Shown: positions 35,378 to 46,338, counted from the stretch's first letter. The stretch is 64,000 nucleotides of DNA from Bryobacterales bacterium (GCA_965217195.1 CBDCHL010000003.1:41941-105940); one strand, 5' to 3'. Notes: a model not told the origin generated them from the letters alone. Translations and numbers: made by a program.

Positions 35378-36433
35378 TCAGCCCGTCAGTTCCCGTGCCG
35401 TCGCAATGATTCTCTCGACCGACGGGACATAGTAATCTTCCATGACCGGTGCGAAGGGCACCGGCGTGTCAGGCGCGGCCAGCCTGCGGATCGGCGCTTC
35501 CAGATATCCGAGGCAGGTGTCCGCCGCCCTGGCAGCGACCTCCGCTCCCCATCCACCGCTCAGATTGCCTTCCTCGACGATCATCAGCCGCCCCGTCTTC
35601 TCTACTGACTCGAACAGGAGCGGCCAATCGAAGGGAACCAAACTTCGGGCGTCGATCACTTCCGCCGAGATGCCGTGTTCTTGCAGAATCGTTGCGGCCT
35701 GCATCGCTCGGTGTGTCATCAGCAGGCTCCCGACGATCGTGATATCGTTCCCGGGCCGGACGACCTTGGCGGTTCCCAGCGGAATCAGGTATTCCTCTTC
35801 GGGGACGTGGCCGAACACTTGCAAACCGCCCGCTTCCTTGCGCGCTCCCTTACTGCCATAGAGCAATTTGTGCTCGAAGAAAACGACCGGGTTATCGTCG
35901 CGGATGGCCGACTTCAGCATGCCCTTGGCGTCATAGGGCGTGGAAGGGCAGGCCACTTTCAGCCCGGGCACGTGAGTGAAGAAGGCCTCGGTCGATTGGC
36001 TATGTTGCGCGGCCCGGGTTGTGGCACCGACGGGCGCCCGGAAGACCATGGGGACCGTGAGCTTGCCGCCGGACATGTAACGCATCTTGGCGGCATGGTT
36101 AGCCAATTGGTCCATCGCCAGAAAGAGAAAGTCGCCGTATTGGACGTCGGCTACCGGCCGCATCCCGCCCAACGCGGCTCCGGCCGCTACTCCGGCGATA
36201 GCGGCCTCTGAGATCGGAGTGTCGCGCACACGGTCGTGTCCGAATTCCTTTTCCAAACCGAGCGTCACCGTGAAGGCGCCGCCGAAGCCGCCTTCCACGC
36301 CGATGTCCTCGCCCATGAGAAACACACGCTCGTCACGGCGCATCTCTTCCCGAAGCGCCTCACGGAGGGCCTCCACAATGGAGAGTTCACGGGTCTCCTG
36401 CGAATCGGTCGTAACGGTTTTGCTGGTCCGCAT
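35378..36433 (-). CDS. 2-oxoacid/acetoin dehydrogenase E1 component, beta subunit
   Basis: 351 aa. A transketolase-like pyrimidine-binding and C-terminal domain pattern (VFLMGEDIG..GGAF, DTPISEAAIAGVAAGAALGGMRP). Confidence 0.9.
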   Translation of the reverse strand: MRTSKTVTTDSQETRELSIVEALREALREEMRRDERVFLMGEDIGVEGGFGGAFTVTLGLEKEFGHDRVRDTPISEAAIAGVAAGAALGGMRPVADVQYGDFLFLAMDQLANHAAKMRYMSGGKLTVPMVFRAPVGATTRAAQHSQSTEAFFTHVPGLKVACPSTPYDAKGMLKSAIRDDNPVVFFEHKLLYGSKGARKEAGGLQVFGHVPEEEYLIPLGTAKVVRPGNDITIVGSLLMTHRAMQAATILQEHGISAEVIDARSLVPFDWPLLFESVEKTGRLMIVEEGNLSGGWGAEVAARAADTCLGYLEAPIRRLAAPDTPVPFAPVMEDYYVPSVERIIATARELTG

Positions 36434-36504
36434 TTCTCACCACCTGACGGCCGAAGCACGCGACAGGCCCGCCATTGCTTCGTTACGCTTGCTCGCCCTG
36501 CTCA

Positions 36505-37467
36505 CTAGGCGTAGACATCTTCCAGACAATCCGTTGGTTGAGGGCTGGGGCTCTCCTCCGCGAAGGCCACCGCATCATCCAACTCTTTCTCGACTTCGGT
36601 TTTCATCGCCGCGATTTGATCGGGCGTCAGGACTCCCTGCTCCAGGCAAACGGCTTCATAGAGCAGGATCGGGTCGCGCTTTTTCCAACTCTCCAATTCG
36701 CCTTCAGCGCGGTAATGCCCCGGATCGCTCCGCGAATGACCCGCGAACCGATACGTCTTCAACTCGAGGAGCGTGGGGCCGCCGCCCCGGCGGGCTTGCG
36801 TGACCGCTTCCATCGTCGCTCTGTGGACCACCTCTACATCGTTGCCGTCCACGGTGAGGCCCGGAATGCCGTAAGCCGCCGCGCGTTCGCTGACGGTTTT
36901 GACCTTCATGACCTTCTCGACGGCCGTGGACGCGCCGTACTGATTGTTCTCGCAAACGAACACGACCGGGAGGTCCCAAATGGCGGCCATATTGATGCCC
37001 TCGTGGAACGTCCCGATGTTGGAAGCGCCGTCACCGAAGAAGCAGGCGACGACGTTGGATGATTTCGACAGCTGGAAGGCCAGCGCATACCCCGCAGCCA
37101 GGGGAATCCCTCCGCCCACAATAGCGGTGGCCGGAAGCATGCCATGATCCACATCCCCTAGATGCATCGAGCCGCCCTTGCCGCGGCAACATCCGGTGGT
37201 CTTGGCGAACAGCTCCGCCATCAGGCTGTTGATCGGAATACCTCGCGCCACCGCGTGCTCGTGCGGCCGGTGCGTGCTCGTGATCATGTCTCCGAGCTCG
37301 AGAGCCGAGCACACGCCGACGGCCGAAGCTTCCTGCCCCTGGGCCTGATGGACCGTGCCCGGCATGCGGCCCTCGAGGAACAGGTAGTAGACGCGGTCTT
37401 CAAACAGGCGGCAGCGCATCATTTGGCGCAAGATATCCGTGCGTTGCCGGTTGGTCATTCTCGTCAT
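36505..37467 (-). CDS. 2-oxoacid/acetoin dehydrogenase E1 component, alpha subunit (TPP-dependent)
   Basis: 320 aa. TPP motif GDGASNIGTFHEGINMAAIWDLPVVFVCENNQYG. Confidence 0.9.
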   Translation of the reverse strand: MTRMTNRQRTDILRQMMRCRLFEDRVYYLFLEGRMPGTVHQAQGQEASAVGVCSALELGDMITSTHRPHEHAVARGIPINSLMAELFAKTTGCCRGKGGSMHLGDVDHGMLPATAIVGGGIPLAAGYALAFQLSKSSNVVACFFGDGASNIGTFHEGINMAAIWDLPVVFVCENNQYGASTAVEKVMKVKTVSERAAAYGIPGLTVDGNDVEVVHRATMEAVTQARRGGGPTLLELKTYRFAGHSRSDPGHYRAEGELESWKKRDPILLYEAVCLEQGVLTPDQIAAMKTEVEKELDDAVAFAEESPSPQPTDCLEDVYA

Positions 37468-38618
37468 AAGTCGATGGAGTTCAAGTGGTGCTCAACACGT
37501 TCGAGAAAGCGCGCCGCGGCGATGCCGTCCACGATGCGGTGGTCCGCTGACAGTGTAAGCGAGCAGATCTGCCGGGCCTCCACGCGACCGTCGCGAACCG
37601 TCGGGGCCCAACGCACTGCGCCAACCGCCAGAACGGATGTACAGCCCGGCGGGATAATCGCTGAAAACTCCCTCGCGCCGTACATTCCGAGATTGGACAC
37701 AGCCAAGCGAGGCGTGCTGCTCGGGTGTGCCGCCGCCGCAACTGAAGGCTTCCCTTCGGCCAGGCGGTGCTTGCTGTCGGTGAGGTAGGCCTCCCAGTCT
37801 CGTTCGGCCGGCGCTGCAATGCGAATAAGGTTCAGGCGGCCTTCTTCACCGGTGACCACCAGGACATCGCATTCCTCGTGCTCTTGGAACCGACCGCTTC
37901 CAAAACTCGTGTTCAGCCGGGGCAGGTCCCCGAGCGCCTGAGCGGCGGCCCGGACAAAAATCTCGTTCCAGGTCGCCTTAAGTGCCGGGTGCTCGACGTT
38001 CCACTTTTTCCGCCCGCGATCCGCTGACTCGACGTTCACATCGCGCTGGAGATAGAAATGCGGAATCTCTCGCTTGCTCTGCTCAACCATCGCGGCCATG
38101 GCGGTTTGCGCCCGGCCGCCGGGGCCGGCGGAGGGTTCGTCGGTTGCACCCGATGCCGCGAAGTCCTCGACGTCACGGCGCGTCACGATGCCGTTGGGTC
38201 CGGTTCCCGGCACCCGGGAGAGATCGACATCGAGTTCCGCGGCACGCTTACGGGCAGCCGGCGCAGCCGCTACTTTGGAGGGCCCTATGGAGGGGCCGGC
38301 GCTGCGGGCTTCCGGGGTTCCGAGGGCCGGCATCTCATGCTCCGGACTGTCTGTCGAGGGTAGAGAATACTCCTCGTCGGCGCTGTCGGTGACCACGGCT
38401 ACCGGCATCAGGGCCGTCGCCATCTCGCCTTCCTTCGCCAACGTTTCGCGGAGGTAACCATCCACGAAAGACTCGACGTCCATCTCAGCCTTGTCCGTCT
38501 CTATCCCCAGCAACGGTTCTCCCTTGGCGACAGCATCACCGGGCTGCTTCAGCCATTGCACAACCATGGCCTCGCTTGTCGTCTGGCCCAGATCAGGAAG
38601 AAGGATGATGTGCCGCAT
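37464..38618 (-). CDS. dihydrolipoamide acyltransferase (E2)
   Basis: ATG 38618. Lipoyl motif GIETDKAEMDVES and catalytic SADHRIVDG. 4-nt overlap with the E1alpha gene. Confidence 0.85.
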   Translation of the reverse strand: MRHIILLPDLGQTTSEAMVVQWLKQPGDAVAKGEPLLGIETDKAEMDVESFVDGYLRETLAKEGEMATALMPVAVVTDSADEEYSLPSTDSPEHEMPALGTPEARSAGPSIGPSKVAAAPAARKRAAELDVDLSRVPGTGPNGIVTRRDVEDFAASGATDEPSAGPGGRAQTAMAAMVEQSKREIPHFYLQRDVNVESADRGRKKWNVEHPALKATWNEIFVRAAAQALGDLPRLNTSFGSGRFQEHEECDVLVVTGEEGRLNLIRIAAPAERDWEAYLTDSKHRLAEGKPSVAAAAHPSSTPRLAVSNLGMYGAREFSAIIPPGCTSVLAVGAVRWAPTVRDGRVEARQICSLTLSADHRIVDGIAAARFLERVEHHLNSIDL

Positions 38619-38720
38619 GGAACGAGAAAATGAACGAAGTTTATTCAGCTGTACCAACTTCTGAGAAAGTATCAATCCTAGCCGTTTCCTGGTGGTCTGT
38701 CAAAGGCATCCCGCCAGGCG

Positions 38721-38942
38721 GGTACGCGACGTAAATGTGGGACGCACTTCTCGCAATACGAGCAGTAGAAACAGAGATGAAATGAGGAGGCTCGACATCG
38801 GGGGAGTGAGCTGAACTCCCCCACTCTTAAACATACAAGGGCCGGCCCCTAAGGTATTAGCCATCGCCGAACCAAAGCAAGATTTCAGCAGGGAAGCACT
38901 GGCGCTCGTGTCACCGATTCTTCCATATTTATGTCGCGCACC
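38721..38942 (+). mobile_element. MITE-like element family 1, copy C (internally deleted)
   Basis: Termini are GGTACGCGACGTAAATGTGG and CCATATTTATGTCGCGCACC (reverse complement GGTGCGCGACATAAATATGG, 17/20 match). Both ends are collinear with copy B. Confidence 0.65.
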
Positions 38943-38959
38943 CCCGCGGCAGAGGCTGA

Positions 38960-38968
38960 TCCAACCTG
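38960..38968 (+). promoter_or_regulatory. candidate extended -10 promoter for yjbQ-like gene
   Basis: TGGTATAAT (TGnTATAAT) lies 18 nt after the MITE end and 90 nt upstream of ATG 39058. Confidence 0.3.
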
Positions 38969-39057
38969 CTGGTATAATACGTTCCAGTTTCGACGCCCGA
39001 CCGGTTTGGGAGATCCGGTTTCGTGTCGCCTTATCCCCCCCAGGAGGATTATGTCCC

Positions 39058-39564
39058 ATGAGCGCCGGTGCAAGCCCCAAACCAAGCAGCGACAAGAAAT
39101 CCGAGTTGAGGGTTGAGCGACGCGACGCGCCGGGCGTCAAGACCTTCGTTCGGATCGTGGACTGGATTACCAACGAGAAGTGTGAACTCATCAACGTCAC
39201 GGACCGCATCAACGAGATTGTCGGCAAGAGCGAAGTAAAAACCGGCGTAGTCCACCTGCAATCGCTCCACACGACCGCGGCGGTCTTCATCAACGAGTGG
39301 CAGGACGCGCTGCTGCACGACATCCGCACGCTTCTTGAACAGGCCGTCGGCCGCGAGGGCGGTTGGCGCCATGATGACCCGGCCTATTCCGATTGCGAGC
39401 GCAAGAACGCCGCGTCGCACCTGCGCGGCCTCTTCTTAGGACAGTCCGTGTCGCTGCAAGTCCGGAATGCCAAAGTCCTGCTCGGCACCTGGCAGAGTAT
39501 CATCCTGGCGGAGCTCGATGGTCCCCGCAGCCGCTCGGTGTCGGTGCAAGTGATGGGGGTTTGA
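39058..39564 (+). CDS. YjbQ/UPF0047 family protein (secondary thiamine-phosphate synthase-like)
   Basis: VHLQSLHTTAAVFINEWQD...NAASHLRGLFLGQSVSLQVRNAKVLLGTWQSIILAELDGPR matches the family pattern. An AGGAGG lies 10 nt upstream of ATG 39058. Confidence 0.8.
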   Translation: MSAGASPKPSSDKKSELRVERRDAPGVKTFVRIVDWITNEKCELINVTDRINEIVGKSEVKTGVVHLQSLHTTAAVFINEWQDALLHDIRTLLEQAVGREGGWRHDDPAYSDCERKNAASHLRGLFLGQSVSLQVRNAKVLLGTWQSIILAELDGPRSRSVSVQVMGV

Positions 39565-39652
39565 AACCCGCGGTCATGCCCCGCTTGGAAGCCGGGATCG
39601 ATTACCACACGTGATTGCCTTTCGACGGCCCTCCCGCCGAACCAATCGACCG

Positions 39653-40093
39653 ATGGCGAAAATGTTCACCCTGAAAGAAGCCGAACGCGCGATCCCCCTC
39701 GTCGAGCAACGGCTGCACCAGGCCTGCGAAGCGAAGCGCGAAGCCACAGCGATCGATCAGCATCTGCAGGAGATCGCGACGAAGATTCACCTCTCCGGCG
39801 GTGCCGAGATCAACCCCGTGGCCGTGCTCGAGCGTCGCCAAAAGAAGGACCAGGCGATGCAACAATTGCGCGAGGCCGTCGAGGCTCTCCAGCAAATCGG
39901 TTGCCAGATCAAAGATCTCGAGATCGGATTGGTCGATTTCCCGGCGGCGCTCAATGACCGCGAAGTCTATTTGTGCTGGAAATTGGGGGAGCCCCGCATC
40001 GACTATTGGCACCACGTCGACGATGGTTTCGCGGGACGGCGGCCAATCCTCGACGACTTCGGTCCTCACGCCGAAGACCCCAAACCAAACTAG
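39653..40093 (+). CDS. DUF2203 family protein
   Basis: MAKMFTLKEAERAIPLVE...GCQIKDLEIGLVDFPAALNDREVYLCWKLGEPRIDYWHHVDDGFAGRRPI matches the recalled DUF2203 pattern. Confidence 0.7.
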   Translation: MAKMFTLKEAERAIPLVEQRLHQACEAKREATAIDQHLQEIATKIHLSGGAEINPVAVLERRQKKDQAMQQLREAVEALQQIGCQIKDLEIGLVDFPAALNDREVYLCWKLGEPRIDYWHHVDDGFAGRRPILDDFGPHAEDPKPN

Positions 40094-40111
40094 GTCCCCG
40101 GTCGAGGCCGA

Positions 40112-41566
40112 CTACCGAAAGTCAGCCTTGATGCGCTTGAGCTCCTCCGCTTCGGGACGTTTCCGGTAGTAGGGATCCAACGGATAGCAGCCCGAAATCA
40201 TGCCGTTGCGCGGTCCGGTCGTGCAGTCGCTAAACGTGCGGCAAAGCAGCTTGGCTTCCATCCTGCCGTCGCGCAGCGTATCGCGCGGCAACGTAGGGTA
40301 AGCCAACACCATGCGCCCCAACCCTACAGCGTCGGTTCGCCCGGTGCGCACCGCCCATTGCGCCACGTGGGGCAAATACTCCTGCAGGTACGAATAAGCC
40401 GTACCGACGATCACGAGATCCGGAAAGCGTTTCTTGATCTCCGCGGTGAACTCGATCTGGCGGGCGCAGCCGACCAACGGGTCCTCGGGCGGCTGGTAAC
40501 CATCGGAGGGTGGAAACAGGGCCGGACGTTGGATGTGAGGGTTGTAGTAAGGGCTTCCCGCGGAGATGTTTACCATGCGAATGCCGAGGTCGCGCAGTAA
40601 GCCGAGGAATTGCTCGGTTTCCTCGAATCTGTACCGAACGGGTTGCTCCCGGTCCACGCCAAAAGCGTTTTCGTAGGCGCCCGCGCCGCAGTCTTCCGGA
40701 ATGCCGGGACCAAGCGTCGTCCCCTCACTCTTGTCGGGATCGGGGCGGAAGGGAACAAAATCGAAGGCGCTGAGGCGAACCGCGATTCTCAGCGAAGTTG
40801 TCGCGCGAATGCCCGCGGTGACTTCGCGCAGAAAACGCGTGCGGTTCTCAAAAGATCCGCCGTAAGGTCCAGGGCGAGAGTAGGCGCTCAGGAACTCATG
40901 CCCCAGATAGCCGTGGCAGTGCTTGACGTCGACGAAGCGCGCGCCGCATTTCTCCGCGACACGTGCCGAGGCGATGAAGCATTCGATGATGCGGACGATC
41001 TCATCGTCGCTGAGAACGGGGTGATCGTCTGCCTGCTGAAACTTGCGATCCAGCACCGGATGACGATACAGAACTTTCGGGGCCGGCCCGTCCCCCGTCG
41101 GGCGACAGAAACGGCCCGAGTGAGTGAGTTGGAATCCGACGAGCAGGTCTTCGCTCGTGCCGTATTCGGCCTCGTGGGTGGCGATCAGTTCCTCGTGCAG
41201 CCGAGCCAGGCCGCCCCGCGTGTGTTCGCTGATAATGAGCTGGCGCGGATTGGCGCGGGCCTCGGGAAGCACCGCCATAGCCTCGCCCCCCCAGATCCAT
41301 TTCGCGCCGCTGCGGCCGAAATTCCGCCAGCGGCGACGGACCAGCTCGCTCACGTTGCCGTCTTCGTCGCCGTCCCAGCCTTCCATGGGATGAATCACCC
41401 AGCGATTCGAGACTTGGAAACCGTCGACATCGAGGGCAGCCGCCAGCGGAGATTCGGGAGCCGGCAAGACGGCGTCGTCACACCTGATCGCAAGGTTGAG
41501 GGCTCGCAGGCGTTCACGGAAGGCGCCGACATCCTTGAACGAGGCGATTCTAGGGTAGCTTGACAT
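40112..41566 (-). CDS. NADH:flavin oxidoreductase (Old Yellow Enzyme family)
   Basis: 484 aa. HPMEGWD, FQLTHSGRF, VDVKHCHGYLGHEFLS and the GLGRMVLAYP pattern. Confidence 0.8.
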   Translation of the reverse strand: MSSYPRIASFKDVGAFRERLRALNLAIRCDDAVLPAPESPLAAALDVDGFQVSNRWVIHPMEGWDGDEDGNVSELVRRRWRNFGRSGAKWIWGGEAMAVLPEARANPRQLIISEHTRGGLARLHEELIATHEAEYGTSEDLLVGFQLTHSGRFCRPTGDGPAPKVLYRHPVLDRKFQQADDHPVLSDDEIVRIIECFIASARVAEKCGARFVDVKHCHGYLGHEFLSAYSRPGPYGGSFENRTRFLREVTAGIRATTSLRIAVRLSAFDFVPFRPDPDKSEGTTLGPGIPEDCGAGAYENAFGVDREQPVRYRFEETEQFLGLLRDLGIRMVNISAGSPYYNPHIQRPALFPPSDGYQPPEDPLVGCARQIEFTAEIKKRFPDLVIVGTAYSYLQEYLPHVAQWAVRTGRTDAVGLGRMVLAYPTLPRDTLRDGRMEAKLLCRTFSDCTTGPRNGMISGCYPLDPYYRKRPEAEELKRIKADFR

Positions 41567-42004
41567 GGCGCGCGCGGCTCGGCCTGGCGGCTTTTGATTC
41601 TAGCGCCCGGCCAGACTCTCGTGTCGGTTTCATCACTGCAAACCGAGCCGTGCACTTTAGTGAGCCGTATCAGACGAGGCCGTTCGGCACGAGAGACGGT
41701 GGTGAGACCGCGGCGCCCGGAACGCGGGAAGCTCTTTGCCGAAGAATCAGCAAGGGTGTCCGCGTCGATAGTTTGGAGGAGGGAGGCCCGGGGGCAGCTC
41801 TGTTGGGATCATCACCTGCGGTGGTTCCGGGGTGGGTTCATCGGATACCGCTTACTGACGGGTTGTGAAAAAAATCGCCCCCTCGCGTCCATGCACACAA
41901 CTCAGAACGCAGATACAGAGCTCAGAGCGAAAGCGACAGGCCTAGGGCACATCGGTTCGAGTAGGCGGAAGACTGTGAAATGCGCAACAGTGCGAGCAGA
42001 CGCG

Positions 42005-42280
42005 ATGCGGCTCCGGGGGCAAACATTACTGGATCTTTCCGCCGCGCATGACAACGAAGTTCAGCGGCAAGCGCGTGCGCGTCGGAGAAGAGCTTTGCTG
42101 GAAGAGCCGCTGCCCTACGCTTTGCTGGTGCGGATCGGGGAAGGTGAGCTGGAAGGACGGCCGATCGCCGCAGGGGATGCGTTCCGGGTGACACAGCAGC
42201 GAGCTGCGATCCCATACCGGGTGCGGCATACCCGGAAGGAACGCTTGGAGGTTTTCACGTTGTTTTCTCCTCGCCCTTAG
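42005..42280 (+). CDS. hypothetical small protein (weak call)
   Basis: An ATG-initiated 91-aa tail of track ORF 41594..42280. Reasonable codon usage, but no motif recognised. Confidence 0.2.
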   Translation: MRLRGQTLLDLSAAHDNEVQRQARARRRRALLEEPLPYALLVRIGEGELEGRPIAAGDAFRVTQQRAAIPYRVRHTRKERLEVFTLFSPRP

Positions 42281-42449
42281 GTCTCGCATCGGAAACCATC
42301 CTATAATCAACAACCCCGGGTCGAAATACACAACTAGGGGCAATACTGGATTGCCACGTCGCGCAGGGGCGTAGGATAATTGGGGAGAGCTTCTACCCGA
42401 CACCCGCCACGATTGGCGCAACGGGTGAGCTTTCGAGAGGAGTTGTTTC

Positions 42450-43733
42450 GTGAAACGAAGCGGAGGGGACGACACCCTGCGGTGCTCGTTCTGTCACAAG
42501 ACCCAGGAAGTCGTCGGGAAACTCATTTCCACGCCGGGCGACTACCCCAAAGCTTACATCTGTGACGAGTGCGTCGCCGTTTGCAACTCCATTCTCGAAG
42601 ACGACAAGCCTGAGCAGCCGGGCGCCCACGCTTTCAAGCTCTCCAAACCTCAAGAGTTGAAAGAGCAGCTTGACCAATACGTGGTCGGGCAGCACTCGGC
42701 GAAGAAGAAACTGGCGGTCGCGGTCTACAACCACTACAAGCGCATCTTCATGAATAAGCAGCGCGGGTCAAGCGACGTCGAGCTGCAGAAGTCGAACATT
42801 ATGCTGATCGGGCCGACCGGCACCGGCAAGACTCTGTTGGCGCAAACCTTGGCTCGTATTCTCGATGTTCCCTTCGCCATCGCTGACGCGACCACGCTGA
42901 CCGAAGCGGGCTACGTCGGTGAAGACGTCGAAAACATCATCCTCAAACTACTGCAGGCCGCCGATGGTGACGTGCAGCGGGCGCAGCAAGGCATCATCTA
43001 CATCGACGAGATCGACAAGCTAAGCCGCAAAGACGAGAACCCCTCGATCACCCGCGACGTGTCGGGCGAGGGCGTGCAACAAGCGCTGCTGAAGATCTTG
43101 GAAGGCACGGTTGCCAACGTACCGCCGCAAGGCGGCCGCAAACATCCCCACCAAGAATTCACGCCGGTGGATACGACGAACATTTTGTTCATCTGCGGCG
43201 GGGCGTTCGTAGGGTTGGAGAAAATCGTCGCGCGCAGGCTCGATCACCGCGTTGTAGGGTTCCGGTCAGCCTCCCAAGACGCAGACGGACCGCTCAAGGC
43301 CGCCGAAACGAATGAAGAAAAACGTGATCTAGGCATGCTGGGTCAAGTGCAGCCGCACGATCTGATCCGGCACGGCTTCATCCCCGAGTTTGTCGGCCGC
43401 ATGCCTGTCATCGCCGTCCTGGGGGATTTGGATCAGCCGGCTCTGGTGGAAATTCTTTCCCGCCCGAAAAACTCCTTGGTGCGCCAGTACCAGAAGCTTT
43501 TCGAGTACGAAAACGTACGGCTGACGCTCGAGCCCTCGGCGCTTGAAGCAATTGCTCACTTGGCGCTCGAACGCAAGGTCGGTGCGCGCGGATTGCGCAT
43601 GATCATGGAAGAGATGATGCTCGACCTGATGTACTATCTGCCGTCTTATAAGAAGGTGCGCGAGTTTATCGTGACCAAGCAGATGGTCGAGGACCACAAG
43701 GTCAACCTGACCCTGCTCGAGAAGGCCGGCTAG
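42450..43733 (+). CDS. clpX: ATP-dependent Clp protease ATP-binding subunit ClpX
   Basis: GTG start. Zinc finger LRCSFCHK...CDEC and Walker [19 protein letters not shown]. 427 aa. Confidence 0.95.
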   Translation: MKRSGGDDTLRCSFCHKTQEVVGKLISTPGDYPKAYICDECVAVCNSILEDDKPEQPGAHAFKLSKPQELKEQLDQYVVGQHSAKKKLAVAVYNHYKRIFMNKQRGSSDVELQKSNIMLIGPTGTGKTLLAQTLARILDVPFAIADATTLTEAGYVGEDVENIILKLLQAADGDVQRAQQGIIYIDEIDKLSRKDENPSITRDVSGEGVQQALLKILEGTVANVPPQGGRKHPHQEFTPVDTTNILFICGGAFVGLEKIVARRLDHRVVGFRSASQDADGPLKAAETNEEKRDLGMLGQVQPHDLIRHGFIPEFVGRMPVIAVLGDLDQPALVEILSRPKNSLVRQYQKLFEYENVRLTLEPSALEAIAHLALERKVGARGLRMIMEEMMLDLMYYLPSYKKVREFIVTKQMVEDHKVNLTLLEKAG

Positions 43734-43813
43734 GCCGCACTTGCACTGATCCACTACAATCAAATTGCCGGCCGGAAACCGTTTCGGCGCAGCGACAAAT
43801 CCGAGATCAGGCT

Positions 43814-46228
43814 ATGCCGACATCCAAGGAAAAATCCTCCAAACTGCAGCTGCCGATGATGCCCATTCGGGACGTCGTAATCTTTCCGCAGATGATGACG
43901 CCGTTCGTCGTCGGGCGGGAGTCGAGCGTTCACGCGCTCGAGCAGGCCCTTGCGACGGACAAGAAGATTTTTCTCGTCACCCAGCACGACGCCTCTATCG
44001 ACGACCCCGGCCCTGACCAGATTTTTCAGGTGGGCACGATCGTCAATATCGTTCAAAGCCTCAAGCTGCCCGACGGCAATATCAAGGTGCTTGTCGAGGG
44101 ACTCGAGCGTGCTCGGCTGCTGTCGGTCAGCATGGACGAGGGCTTCCACAACGCCACCGTGGAGACCGACACGGTTAGCGTCGAGACGGATCAGGAAGTG
44201 GAGACGCTGATCGGCCGCGTGACGTCGCTGTTCGAGCAGTACGTCAAGCAGAGCCAGAATCTCAACTACGAGACGATGATCGCGGCGGTTCGCGTGGATG
44301 ATCCCGGCAAATTGGCCGATACTGTGGGCGCCAATCTGCAATTGACGATCCCCGAGAAACAGGTTCTGCTCGAGATCTTCGATCCCATCGAACGGTTGAC
44401 GCGCATTGCCGAACTGCTCGATATCGAAATCGAAAAACTCGGCGTCGACCGCACCATCCAAGGGCGCGTGAAGCGTCAGATGGAAAAGGCACAGAAAGAG
44501 TACTACCTCAACGAGAAGATCAAGGCCATCCAGAAGGAACTGGGACGCGGCGAGAAAAGCGAATTCGATGAGCTTCGCAAGAAGATCGATACCGCGGGTA
44601 TGACCGAGGACGCCCACGACAAGGCGACGGCCGAACTGCGGCGTCTCGAGAACATGCCGCCGATGTCGGCCGAGTCGACCGTCTCGCGGAACTATATCGA
44701 TTGGCTGCTCGCCGTTCCGTGGAAGAAGAAATCGCGCGAGATTCGCAATCTCAAGCGCGCCGAGAAGGTGCTGCACACCGACCACTACGGACTCGAAAAA
44801 GTTAAAGACCGCATCTTGGAATTTCTGGCCGTGCGGCGGCTCGTGAAGGATCCGCGCGGCTCGATTCTGTGCTTCGTGGGACCTCCGGGCGTGGGCAAGA
44901 CTTCGCTCGGCAAATCGATCGCTAAAGCGACGGGACGTAAGTTCGTGCGCCTGTCATTGGGCGGGGTTCGCGACGAGGCTGAGATTCGCGGTCACCGCCG
45001 CACCTACATCGGCGCTTTGCCGGGCCAGATTCTGCAAATGATGAAGAAGGCCGGCACACAGAATCCGGTCTTTATGCTGGACGAGCTCGACAAGATGTCG
45101 ACTGACTTCCGCGGCGACCCTTCAGCGGCGCTGATGGAAGTGCTGGATCCGGAACAGAACCACATGTTCATGGATCACTATCTCGACGTCGAATACGATC
45201 TCAGCAAGGTCTTTTTCATCGCCACGGCCAATGTGCTGCATACGCTGCCTTGGGCGCTGCAAGATCGTCTTGAAATCATTCGTTTGAGCGGATACACCGA
45301 GCACGAAAAAGTCGAAATCGCCAAGCGGCACTTGTTCGAAAAACAGCTCAAGTCCAACGGCCTCAAGAATTCCGATCTCGCGTTCAGCGATGCCGGCCTG
45401 ACGAGTTTGATCCAGGAATACACTCGCGAAGCCGGCGTCCGGAATCTCGAGCGCGAAATCGGCAATAGTTGTCGCAAGATAGCCCGCAACGTTGTCTCGC
45501 GCAAAAAGGGCGCAAAGAGAAAGAAGACCGTCATTACACCCAAGAATATCGGCGATTATCTAGGTGTCCCAAAATACCGTGATTTGGCCGCCGAGAAGAA
45601 TAACGAAATCGGCGCTGCGGTAGGGCTGGCGTGGACCGAGTTGGGCGGTCAAATCCTTTCCATCGAAGCCACGCTGATGGACGGCAAGGGTAACCTAACG
45701 ACGACCGGCAAGCTGGGCGACGTCATGCAAGAATCAGCGCAGGCGGCAATGAGCTACGTGCGCTCGCGCTCGCAAACCTTCGGGCTCCCCAAGGACTTCT
45801 ATCGCCACTTGGATATTCACGTTCACATCCCCGAGGGCGCGATTCCCAAGGACGGCCCGTCGGCCGGCATCACGCTGACGACGACGCTCGTGAGCGCGCT
45901 GACGCGGGTCCCGGTTCGCGGCGACGTGAGCATGACGGGGGAGATTACGCTGCGCGGCAAGGTTCTCCCGATTGGCGGCCTGAAAGAAAAACTGCTGGCC
46001 GCGCATCGCCACGGCATCCTGGAAGCCATTTTGCCGAAAGACAACGAAAAAGACCTGCCGGATATACCGGAGAACATCCGCAGGGAGATGAAGCTGCACT
46101 TTGTCAGCCATATGGATGAAGTGCTGATGATCGCCCTGGAGAAGCCCATCGAAGGTTTGCCCTCGGTGTCGCCGCCGGTCGAGTCAGCTCGGCCCGCCAC
46201 CGAGGAAGGCCACAAAATCATGCAATAG
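43814..46228 (+). CDS. lon: ATP-dependent Lon protease
   Basis: 804 aa. [30 protein letters not shown] and the protease-site DGPSAGIT. Confidence 0.95.
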   Translation: MPTSKEKSSKLQLPMMPIRDVVIFPQMMTPFVVGRESSVHALEQALATDKKIFLVTQHDASIDDPGPDQIFQVGTIVNIVQSLKLPDGNIKVLVEGLERARLLSVSMDEGFHNATVETDTVSVETDQEVETLIGRVTSLFEQYVKQSQNLNYETMIAAVRVDDPGKLADTVGANLQLTIPEKQVLLEIFDPIERLTRIAELLDIEIEKLGVDRTIQGRVKRQMEKAQKEYYLNEKIKAIQKELGRGEKSEFDELRKKIDTAGMTEDAHDKATAELRRLENMPPMSAESTVSRNYIDWLLAVPWKKKSREIRNLKRAEKVLHTDHYGLEKVKDRILEFLAVRRLVKDPRGSILCFVGPPGVGKTSLGKSIAKATGRKFVRLSLGGVRDEAEIRGHRRTYIGALPGQILQMMKKAGTQNPVFMLDELDKMSTDFRGDPSAALMEVLDPEQNHMFMDHYLDVEYDLSKVFFIATANVLHTLPWALQDRLEIIRLSGYTEHEKVEIAKRHLFEKQLKSNGLKNSDLAFSDAGLTSLIQEYTREAGVRNLEREIGNSCRKIARNVVSRKKGAKRKKTVITPKNIGDYLGVPKYRDLAAEKNNEIGAAVGLAWTELGGQILSIEATLMDGKGNLTTTGKLGDVMQESAQAAMSYVRSRSQTFGLPKDFYRHLDIHVHIPEGAIPKDGPSAGITLTTTLVSALTRVPVRGDVSMTGEITLRGKVLPIGGLKEKLLAAHRHGILEAILPKDNEKDLPDIPENIRREMKLHFVSHMDEVLMIALEKPIEGLPSVSPPVESARPATEEGHKIMQ

Positions 46229-46338
46229 TCATGGCGGGCGATAGTGCGCCGAGGGTAGCCAGGCTGTGAGAAGAGGCGAAGGCTCACGGCCGCGCGTCGT
46301 CCTGCTTGCCGGACTAAGCCGCCTCGTCAGCGCTGCTC

